This document shows, one piece after another, positions 15,001 to 27,000 of a stretch of DNA of 64,000 nucleotides. Source of the stretch: Candidatus Omnitrophota bacterium (GTDB taxonomy: Bacteria; Omnitrophota; Gorgyraeia; Gorgyraeales; Gorgyraeaceae). Where the stretch lies: the NCBI GenBank assembly GCA_043821705.1, contig JBDRCN010000045.1, positions 22,400 to 86,399 of the forward strand. The letters run 5' to 3'. Each line of letters opens with the position of its first letter. Position 1 is the stretch's first letter. The position numbers and the translations under genes are program-made. The notes below the pieces were generated by a model. It ran no database searches and was not told the DNA's origin. It worked only from the letters and a program-made list of their open reading frames with translations.

Positions 15001-18000
15001 TAGCAAAATATCTTTACTTAAACTAAAATCTATATTCATAGCACCAACACCAAACCACTTTCTGTAGAAACGACTGACATTACCGCTTAATCCAATGCTA
15101 ATATCATCTGCAATTTCAAAATCTGCATTTAGTCCTATCTTGAATTCAGATAAATATCCTGCAGGATCATCAATTATACTAGGATTTATAAATCCATTTA
15201 ACAATGCATAACCCGATATGAAAAGATTATCAATGTAATCCTGCTTAAAACTTTTATAGATCCCAACAGATGGCTTGGCATACCAACTACTTGTCCCTAG
15301 ACTTGGGTTTATAAAGATATTTGTACTAATGCCGGCTCCATAGCTCATATCCTTAATGCCAAACAAACCTGGATAGGCACGATAAGCATCTAACATCATT
15401 CCTAGATAACTATCGCTTCTCAAAGAACTATATTCGTTAGTTTTTATCAAATCATCCACCCAGCTACGATAATTTAATGGTACATAACCCCATAGACTTA
15501 AACCCATATCAGTAGCATATTCACCTTTTTTGTCCATTGTTGATGCTGAACTTGCCATAAACATATTGCTTTCATGGGTTGATAATTGAAAGGTATTAGA
15601 GGATATCTTAATCGGCGACCAGCTATCGCCCAAAGGATTTACAATGCCCACATCTATCTTTGGATATAGATGTTCATAATCAAAGAAACCTTTAATATTA
15701 ATTTCATTGATAAAAGGCTTTTTCTCTGGTTCTACATCTTTGTTTTCCTCAAATATCTTCTGGGGCTTTTGTGGTTCTTCTTTTTTCTCAGAATCTCCAT
15801 GGATAATATTATTCCAATAATTATGGTCCATCCATATTTTGCCCTCTTCATCCATTGACCACTTGGCGTAATATTCATATCCATCATCATATAACTCCTC
15901 TAACTCCTCCTCTGTATAGAGACGCGTAAATCTATATGTCTCTAAATCTAACTTACAGCTTGTAATTCTCTCTACTTTTGCAAGCAATATAGAGCTTTCC
16001 CGACATCTAGTTAAAAGTTCAAAAAAGCTATGTCTTCCAAAAAACGAGTCTGCAATAGTAGCCTGATCTTCTCTAATATTTATCTGGCCATGATCACAAT
16101 CGTAATCTTTAGAACCTAAACTTTCCGGCCAAGAAGAATCATCGTTAGACCATAAATGAAACGGCAGATAATCATCTTTAGAATCTGCGTGATGAAATAT
16201 TTCATGATGGATGCTTGGGGTGCTGGTAATAAATATTCTTGAAAACCATTTTCCAAGACTAAAATTGTATTTATCTGTTTTCATGTTATAAATATAAGGA
16301 TTAACAACTATTTTTACAGTGATGCAATTTTTTAAAAAAGCCTCCGGATATACTGAAAGGGCCTCTTTTATTTCTAAAAGCTTCCTCTCTAATGTTTCCA
16401 GTTTATACCTTCCACTTATAAGCCATCTATTAGAAGAGCCTCTCAAGAAAGTTACTAGCGCATCAAAAAATCTTGGTATATCAACTTCAAATCCAAATTT
16501 ACTACTGATATCGCGCACATGGGAATTAATCTTTTTCTTAATGATTAATACTATATCAGCATCTTCCTGTAACCTTTTGCTTGCAAACTCTATAGCCATG
16601 CTATTCTTTTCAACAGCTTTTGACACAAATTCCTTATCGCCTCTGAACTCCATATGATAAATAATGCTTGGCGCTTGAACGACTATATCTAGAATAAACT
16701 CTTTATCATTTTTCAATCTATCGCTTGCAAACCGTATTGTAAAAGTATTTTTCACAGCCGCAGCAAAAACTATATTCTTATCATCCTTAAAACTATCGCT
16801 TACATATTCTAAGACTTTGGGGTTTTTTTCTATAGCCTTTAATACAAATTTTTTATTATCTATAAATAGAGAACCTACAATAGCTTTTTGGTCAAACTCT
16901 ATCTTGTCAAGCAATTCTTCCCAAGTTACTTTAAAGGTTACTCCATCTTCTGAAATGAGTTCTAATTGGGTGTATTTGGGGAAAAATTCAGCTTCTATGG
17001 TGGTGTCTTTTGTAAATTCTATTACTGTAATTCTACCCTCTGCTCCTATTCTTGTTTTAACCTCTTTTATGCAGTTTGGATATGGTTTACCATCTACCTC
17101 AATACCTGTAGAGCCATATCTAGTTAATTCATCAACTGATGCTAGATCTGTAAAGAGGGTGATGTTTGTAAGAGGGAGGATTTGTTTAGTGTCAATGTGA
17201 GGCTGAGTTTCATCAGGGATTAGTGAGCCAGCGTCTTTTGGTACTATTGATTTCTCTACAGGTACTAATGTTTTTAAAGGTGTTAGTTTGATGTGTGTTA
17301 TATAAATTTGGCCTATTCCTTTATTTGACAATTTCTGGCTTCCATACTTTTTACCACTATAAAAACGTATTTCCTTAACACTTGTCATATCCAAATCATT
17401 AGGTATATATATCTTTTTCCAGCCATCAGCGGATACATTTATTACAAAGGAAGGATGAAATATTTCTTGCCCATCAGATGTTATAAAGCTTATGCCGATT
17501 TCATTGAGCCTTTTATCAAGCTTGTAATGGAAAGAATCAGGCACTTCTTTTACGTATAATTCTAACTTACATCCAGTAAAATCAGCTGGCAAAGATGGGA
17601 AGCTTGTCGAAATATCACAACATACAAAATTATCATCTTTATACCTAGCAAGATCGCTCATATAATGTCCATACTTGCTGCTTTTGTACATTCCGTACTC
17701 CTCCCCAATGAATACGTTCATATTGCCATTTGTACTTATAGCTATTTCTACATCAAAACCGAATGAACGCGCAAGAACTTTCCTCCCGGGATAAGTTTCT
17801 AAGAAACGAATACTCTTCATTGTTTTCTTAAAAGCCATCTTATATATTATCCCTTTTATTTTTTTACCTTTTTTCTCAAATTCAGGAATTACACTAAGTT
17901 TATACTCTTTTACGTTCTGTTTTTTGCCTTCTTTGCGCTCCTTATCTATTAATTCTAAAGCAGCATCTTTCATGCTGGAATATTTAATTTTTTGAACTTG

Positions 18001-21000
18001 AGCAGAAATTCTATCTAATGTGCCATTGAAGTTTATTAGTTCAGGTAATTGAGGAACAATATCGTAGGTTAAACTCCATATTGGTACAACTGTATGTTCA
18101 AACTTTATCTTCCTTATCTTGACAGTAAGAGTATGTATAATATTATCATCATCCGAAGCTACAAAGATGGATCTGTCTTTAATAAGATCTAGCGTCATCT
18201 TTCTTAATAGTGGGCTTTTTATTGAGCGTGCATTTCTTCTTATTCTAGATATCGTACCTGAACGTGTAGCTGTTGCTGACTCGGCTTCATCTATCCAGGC
18301 ATATAATCTCTTTTTATAATCAAATACTATTTCCTGAGGCGTAGAAGCTATTTTATCACCAAAAGTTTGCATGGCACAGTTTACACCAACTTCGCCTTCA
18401 TCCAACAAGAAAGGCACTGTATAACTTATATCCTCATCTGTTACTACAATTCCAAAAGAATATTTTACTCCTTCTTCAAGGCCTATTTTATCTCCCATAC
18501 TAAGCGCATTATTTACAAAATAGTCCAATTTTGCTTTAGCATATTGTTTCATCCTAGGGTCTTCTATATTGTCAATTTGTGTTTTAAGCTCGGAAAGAGT
18601 TCCTGTAAAGCTTATCCTATCAGGCGGCAGTTCTTTCATCTCTACTTGCCAGTATTCCCCTTTCATCTCCTTTACAAATTTCACGCTTAAAATATACTCT
18701 ACGCCCTTTTGTAGTTTAGATAAATTCTTTTCAAACTTCTCTTTGGCAAGTTTCTTTATCTCTGGATCTTTTATGTTAACTATTTCACTATCTATCATAT
18801 GAGACGAGCCCTGAAAGCTCATACCTATACTCTTTACTCTATATCCTGCTCCATCTTCTGAAAGGATAAGTTCTAACTGGGTGCCTGCTTGGAAGACTTC
18901 TCTGCCTTTTGAGGTGTCTATAGTGGTGTCTTTTGTAAATTCTATTACCTTAATCTCTTCTCCATTTGGACCTGCTCTTGTTTCGATTTCTTTTATACAG
19001 TTTGGATATGGTTTACCATCTACCTCAATACCTGTAGAGCCATATATAGTTAATTCATCAACTGATGCTAGATCTGTAAAGAGTCTGATGTTTGTAAGAG
19101 GAAAGAACTGTTCAATGTCAATAATAGGGTGGGTTGGTTCATCTCGAGGCATTATCGACCCACTGTCGGATTCTTTAGGTTCTGGTGTGGTTGTTCCTTT
19201 TTTCTTTTTACTACTAATAATATCTTGATAAATATAGATTGGAACATATACTCCTTCATATAATTCAGAAATCTTAAAGTATGTATCTTCTAGATCTTTC
19301 TTTCTTAGGTACTTAACTGCCGTATCTATACTTGTTTTTTTCACCCATATCGTTCTTTTCTTCTTTCCATTAACGACCTCTCTAACTTTGACATATTTTT
19401 TGCGGTCTATATTTTTGATATTCTTACGCCATATAATATCCTTATTTGCAACAAGACTGTATTTTTTTCCATCAAAAACAATTGTAAAATTCTTGCTAAG
19501 GTCAACTTTATTAATGGGTTCTACTTTGCTCTTAAAAGAATACTCATCTTTCTCTTTCTTAATTTGAACATCTATAGTCAACACCCATCTTAAATCATGT
19601 TTCATCCAATATCTATCGATGGTAGATTCTGCTTCTTTTCGTAATCTTGGATTTTTTAGTTTTTTAACCTTGGCTTCAATCTCTGAAAGTGTACCAGTAA
19701 TTTTTATTGACTCTGGGTATTTCTCGTTAATTTCACCCTTAATACCCTCTCTTGTTGTCCCTACATATAAGGTATACTCTATATCATCTTTAATAAATTT
19801 TGATTCCTTTAATAGTTCTCGGGCAAACTCTTTCAATGCAGTATTTTTTATATTTGCTATTGAAGTTTTTAGTTCTAGGACTGTGCCCATAATTACTATA
19901 GACTCTGCATCTTTTTCTTCAATCATTGATGCCTTGGTATAATCAGTGCCTATCTTCTGCGATTCTGTCTCCTTTATCTTCAATGTAAAATTATAAACCT
20001 TGTCTGATTTAAGGCCTCTGGCATTAATTAATATCTCATGCAAATATTTCTTTACTCTAGGATCTCCTAATTCCTCTATGTCTTTTTTAAATTCCCGAGG
20101 ATACCCTTGATATATAGAGAAATGAGTAAATCTTAAAGGAGGAAATTCTTTTATTTTCCCCTCATATATAGACTCTTTTTCGGTTTCTCTAACATCTATG
20201 GTCAAAATATAAGATACATTTCTCCTCAGTCCTGGAGTATCATTTAATATACGCTCAGCACGTCTTTTCAAATCAGTATCTTTAACATTACGAATTTTAG
20301 TCTTAATCTCTGAAACATCACCTTCGATTCTGAGGAATCCAGGAGATAGCTTTCTAATATCAATCGATGTTGTATATTCACTTCCTATATTTTGGGGTGT
20401 ACTTTCTTCTACATCAAAATAAAGTATATATTTTATATTTTCTTTTTTTGTCAAATCCTTTGCTCTATCTAAAGCTCCCGCTAGATATTCTTTCAAGTCC
20501 TCATCACTTAGTCTGTCAATCTTTCTCCTGATCTCTGAAAAAGTACCGCTAACTTCCATATTTGTTAAATCAATAGATAAATACGCAGTCTTACCTTTAT
20601 AGAGAGAATCTGTTGAAGTTAAGTCTCTAATTATAATTTTATCTTTGTTAGATCCTTTCGAGATCTCCTTAAACTGGACTGTTGGCCTACCGTTAGAATA
20701 AGTTATGCTCAAAACATAGTTCTCTCTTTCACTCCCCGGTGTGTTGTTTTTTAAATACCTTTTAATTCTCGGGTCTTCTATTTTTTCTATCTTATATTTA
20801 AGTTCAGAAAGCGTACCAGTAAGTTTAAGTGGCTTAGGCGGCAGTTCTTTCATCTCTACTTGCCAGTATTCCCCTGGCATCTCCTTTACAAATTTCACGG
20901 TTAAGATATACTCTACACCTTCCTGTAGTTTCGGGAGATTCCTTTCAAATTCCTCTTGAGCAAGTTTTCTAGTTTCAGGATTTTTTGTATTGTTTATTTC

Positions 21001-24000
21001 ATGTTCAATCTTAGAATATGAACCTCGAAACTCTGCTTCTATAGGCTTTGAACGATTTGATAAATCCTTCGTTAGCGTTTGTCCAGTAGAAATTACTGGT
21101 ATATCTTGTATCTTTTTTGGTTTTAGTTTAGCAGTTAATATATCTTTAACTAATTCATCTTCCTGCGGTTGTATGATTGATTCTATTTCCTCTAGCTCTA
21201 AAGTCCCTTCTATTGCCTTGCCTTTACCTTTACTGGGAAAAAGACTTATTTTCTCACCAGAGCTGTATTCTCGTCCGTCAAGGGTTATGTCTTTTAAGAA
21301 AGCAACGATCCTTTCTCCATCTTCATCTCTATTGCCTATATCTACATCAATACCATTATAGAGCTTTACCCTTGTCGTATCTTCTAGCTCTCTTAAAAGG
21401 TAAAAAGGTTTTTTATTTTTTAAGACTGTATTATATACATATTTAATTGGCTCTGGAGGCAGGTATGAACGTCTTGGTTTCTTTAACTTTTTCACAGTAG
21501 AAACAGTTCTTGTCTCCTCCATATCTAACGCCCTTTTTACTTCATAACTTTTCCCATCTTTTTTAAGAGTTAGTATTAACTGATCTCCAGAATAAAACTG
21601 CTCCTGTCCTAATATATTTATCCCTTCTTCTGGGATGTTTTTGAAGGTAACTATTATTGTCCCATCAGCTTGCGGCTCGCTTAGATCTACCTTATCTCCT
21701 ATAATAAATACCTGTGCTTCGTTGTTATACGTAAAGGTAATCTCTTTTACTCCAAAGAAACTCTCTACATCATCTATAGCAGTAATTTCAACTGTGAAGC
21801 CAGGAATAAGAGGTTTTATTTCATCAGGCATCAGTGAACCAGAGTCGGATTCTTCTTCAATAATATCTGTTGGCACAAAAATAATCTTATCCTTCTCATA
21901 TTTAACCTTTACATATTGATTTCTCTCTTTTACAAATCCTATCTCGTTTTCTTCTGGCCACAGAGTCTTTTTATTTATCTTAGCTCCTTCCTTAAATGAC
22001 ACTGCCCAATCTTCATCGATATCCACCTCGGGTTGATTCCATACGTATAGCTTAAATTCCTCACCTTTTCTTACTATACCAGAAGTATTGAGCTTGTTTT
22101 TCTCTTTCTCAATCAATCCTGCTAGAATTATAGCCTTTTTAGCCATAGACTCCATTCCGCTTCTAGGGCCTTCTCCGTAATATGCAAAATTAAAGGCTTT
22201 CTTATAATAAATAGCAGAGTTCTTTAAACATGTAAGAGGATCTAAATCTTCTGGTAGATTTAATATCTTTCCAGCAGAAAAGACGTAACCCATGCTCTCT
22301 GGATCAAGCGGCTGTTTTACAGTCCTATCTCCTAAATAGAGATATATATCTCCTAATTCACTAGATGCTGTTATAAATCCTGGATCCTTCTCTAATGCCT
22401 TTTTGAATAAATCTATTGTTTCTAAAATATAATCGGGTTCCAGATTCTCTCCGTAAATTATATTATGTTTATAAAGTTCTGCCAGATTGGCATAGCCCCA
22501 GACAGAGCCTGGATCTTTTTCAATGGCCTTTTTTAAAAAATCTATTTTCTCTGATTCTTTTTTTAAGCCTACTGATGTGCTTCTTGCATATAAAATATAG
22601 GAAGATAACAGAGCTTCAGGTGTACCTATTCTAATCTTTCTATGTAGTTTCTTTTTAAAATGACTCTCTTTTAACTGCAGATATTGCCCAGGTTCAATTT
22701 TTTTGTATAGCCCGCCAGAACCTTCTAACGGAAAAGGCTCGCTTATGCCTACTCTAGGATTTGATATATCAACTATTATAGATTTGTTATCAGAAAGTTT
22801 GACTAAACTAGCTACATGATATACACCTTCTTGTACTCCACAGGACCATGTAACCTCAATAGGATCTATAGATAAGCCTGCCAATCTACCTAAGATTACA
22901 AAAAGCTGTGTAGAACCTACGCAATTAGCTGAACCAATATAGCCTTTGTCAGCATGTTCTTCATTGAAGACCTTGGTAAGAAGAGCTGGGTAATCACCTC
23001 TATCACTCTTAACTGCATTTTTTATAATTTTCGATAAACTATTAATCCTTTCTAATCTTGGCATATCTTTTATTTTTTCTAACTCATAATTATTATAAAA
23101 ACTAGAAATTTGCTCTACTATTTCCGATTGTTCTTCCAAAGAATATCCTAATTCTTCAATAGCCCCAGAAATTACTTTTTCTATATTAGTTTCAGGTTGA
23201 TTTTCTTCTCCATAACCACCTAAATCCCCCTTGGACCCTTCATTAAGGTCTAATTTCAATCCTTCACCCTTAAGCGCTGCTCTATTGTCTACATCTACAA
23301 TTAGAGATTTAATATATTCACTATCCTCTATAGATAAAAGAAAAATAGGTAATTTAATCCCCTCTTCTTCCAGGTGTTTCTTTATTGCTTCCTTCTGACG
23401 AGAAGGTAACGCTACTATAGCTACTTCATTAGGAGCAAGACGGCTAACAAATTCTTCCTCAAGAAACTCTTCTAGCTCGCCATTCTTCAGTGAATAAAAG
23501 CCTCCTTGAATAAAATGTCTACCATCGAATAAAACCGGAACTTGAATAGGAGCTTTCTGTGAATCTGTTTTGCGAGATTCCTGTTGACTAACTTTTATTA
23601 TATTCCCATCTTTATCAAATGTTACGTCAAAACTTATGTTTGCTAAAAGCATGGCAGTCCCAAATAAAGCCCCTCCTCCACCGCCAAAGGTAAATGTAAA
23701 GGTGTCTTCGCTGAGTCTAGCGGCATCATCTTCAGGTGCATCAATGCTGCTTGTATCCTTAGATTTAGGAGCAGATATTTCTTCAGTAGAAGTCTTGGTT
23801 TTTGGAGCTTGTTTGGAAGGTTCTGGTTCAACATCTATTACAAGCATACCAGTATCATTGTCTTTCTCGATACTAATATCTATCTTTTCTTTTCGAGCTA
23901 CTGAGTTAAATCTCTTTTTAAAATATTTTAATTTATCCTCATCCTTATTAAAATTATGTACGAGTAATATCCTTCCTTTAGGTTTTACTATTCGAAGAAT

Positions 24001-27000
24001 ATCTTTGATGCAGTCATCTATTTCTCTATCTCCTTTCAAGTGTTCAAAAAACCCACTTATGCTCATCTTGGTAATACTGTTGGGCTCTATCTGCTTCATG
24101 CTATCGCCATCATTTTCAATAATATTTACATTATCAGGAATAGCTCCAAGAGTAAGCCCCCAGGCATAAAGCTCTTTTAATAGTTCCGGCACATAGAGTG
24201 GGCTTGCATTTAAAAGAAAATTTTCGTAAGTTGTGTACATAACATCATTAAATTTTCTAAGATTGTTAAAAGCAGAAAAAAGCGCTGTTGTAAATTGAAT
24301 ATTGGTTTCTGATATATCAATATAAAATACCTCTTTTGCATTATAGCTAAAGTAGGCCGCTACTGCATCAGGGCTCATTCCCATCCCAGCGTCACAATAT
24401 GCATCCTCCTTGCTTACATCAAGAAGGTCCATAACATCTGATGCGCAATAATCACGGCTCCATTTAATAAAATTATATCCATTGTCAATACTAGATCTGT
24501 CAAAAGCTTCTACCATAAGATTATCAAACCAGCTAAATTGTCTCATCACGTCTTTTTTAATACGCCCAATATTATCTTCGGTAATTTTTTCATCTCCGAT
24601 TAGATCTGTTACATATGACCACATTTTTTCGGATAATATAGAAGGGCCTGGAGAATTTTTAACTATACGGAGCCGCATAGACATATCCATATCTCTATCT
24701 GACATATCATCTTTAGGAAGTTTATAAGATGCTTTTAGAAAATCATATAGTGAAGCTTCTGGATATAATGATAGGTAGATTAATATAGATGTTAGATATG
24801 CTTCTCTTTCATCAAGACTTGCCATATATCCTAACATTGTATCCGGGATATTCGCTTTATCTCCTCTATTAGACTGCTCAATGTGTGCTAATTCATGGAC
24901 TATTGATGTCATCCTCAAAGAGCTGCCAATAGATACAATAAACGGGACTTTAAAATTTCCTTTAATACCAAGCGCTTCTTTAAATTTATTAAAAGACTGT
25001 TCATTCTCCTTTTCTATAATAAAACCACCTGCAGCATAGCCATGTTCAAGTATCAACCAATCTTTCAGATCAGGATCTTTAAGTGCCTTGTTTTTTTCAT
25101 CATCAGAAATTACTAAAACTTGTGCATTTAAAGATTCGTCGCTTATGTCTAAATTAATAAGAACTTGCTTAGGGATATTTTGTTCATCAATATAATCTCT
25201 CGCAATAAAATCATCTCTTCTAGATTCATCTTCGGAAATAGGTACGGCCTTCTTTAATGCGTCAATAAACTCTCCATCAAATATTTTTAAAAGATCATCA
25301 ATGCTATAAGAATTTTTCACTTTGACCTTACCTTCTAGGTCTTTTCGTATACTCTCATCTTCTTGTTTTAAAAGATCAGATATAGTAAAGATTTTACTTT
25401 CTAAACCTTTAATATGTTTATTTCTCCCAATAATAAATCTCTTAACTCCTTCATCAGCTGCTATAATTAAACTTGCGTTTTCTAAATCACCGCGTACGAT
25501 CGGATAGGCAGATTTTTTATTTTTTAGATCTTCTTTTAAATCATCATCAATTTCAATATATTGAATTATAGATTCTAGCTTGTCTAAGCTAATATCTTCC
25601 CCTTGAGATAATGAGCCAATATCTTCTACTGGCAGATATCCGCGCGAACTTACATTAACACCAGAGATATTATTTTTTGACGCAAGAATAGATAATACTA
25701 TATCCATTTCAGGTCCTCTTAATTGACCGTCACCGCAGATAGTAAGAATATTATATGTATTCGATGAAGGATTTTGTTCAGGTAAATCATTAATGGTATT
25801 CTGTAGTTCTGACTTATCTCCAATTATAGGTATTGTTATCTTAAACGTACTTCCTTTGTCTTTTTCAGACTCTATCCATATCTGGCCATTATGTTCATCT
25901 GTTACATATAGCCTACTTTCAGCTAAGCCAAGGCCTGTCCCACCTTTTCTCTTCGACCAGTTAAGCCCAAACGCCCTTTGGTAAGTCTGGCCTTCTTCCT
26001 GCTCTAGCCCATCTTCAGGGAAGCCTGCTCCATCATTATAGATTTCTAAGACAATACTCTTCTTGTCTTCCGATAGCTTAGTAGTGATAGTAACATTTTT
26101 GATCCCCAGGTCTTCACTTAACTGTTTGTTATTTGTTAAAATATTACTTAAAACACACAATATCATTTTCTGGTTTACCTCTGTCATGGGGATAGAAGAT
26201 AAATTAAGAGTAAGAGTCACGCCTTTTGTTTCAAAATCTTTAAGCATCTTATTGGCTAGATCGTTTACCAATGCATTTAGATCCGTAGGTTCTTTTTTAA
26301 GAGTTCCTCCTAGCCAATCCAATCTTTCATTAAGGACATTTATATTTTCTTGTACAGGAGCTTTGATATCTTTTCGTAATAGGTCAAGGGCTGCTATAAC
26401 ATAGTCAGAACTCTCTTGGGAAACCAGATAATTTTCTAATTCTTCAACTTTATTATAGATAATCTTTGTTTTTTCAAATATATCATTTAAACTATTCTGC
26501 CAAGTATTTTCTACGCCTATCTCTAATTCTTTACTAGCATCTATAGGCGCTGATTTAGCCAGATCGTTATAACTAGAAACTATATCAGTAATGTCTTTAT
26601 TTATCTCATCAAGAGCTGTTATTATCTGATCAGGGTCTTTCCCGTATGTAAATTCGCTAATAGAATTTAAGGCAGGATTAAAATTATTCTTAATGTCGTA
26701 GATCGTTCCATTATGCTCCATGCTTCTTAAGGCAATATATGTCTTCAGGAATTCTTCATTGTCCAACATGGAAGATATTGGCGCAAGAAGACCTACCTTT
26801 TCCTTTATTAAAGATAGGTCATTATTGCTTTTTCTTATTATATTCAGGTAAGTAGCAGCAATGTGCATTCCTGCAGGACAGGCTTCTAAGATCCCAGAGA
26901 CTTCATTAATATCATAATCTTCACCTGACAATAGGATATCTTTAATCAACTTTAGAGATTCTTCGAAGTCTCCGTCTAGAGCAAGGTTCATAGCTTGTTC

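Noticed and set aside
5830-21790. Intragenic repeats as insertion sequences or transposons
   Set aside because: No transposase or terminal inverted repeats. The repeats stay in frame and encode paralogous protein modules, so they are domain duplications.
23636-24169. 177-aa plus-strand ORF with a PPPPP run
   Set aside because: It is the antisense of the giant protein's poly-Gly (FGGGGGALFG) segment. Not a gene.
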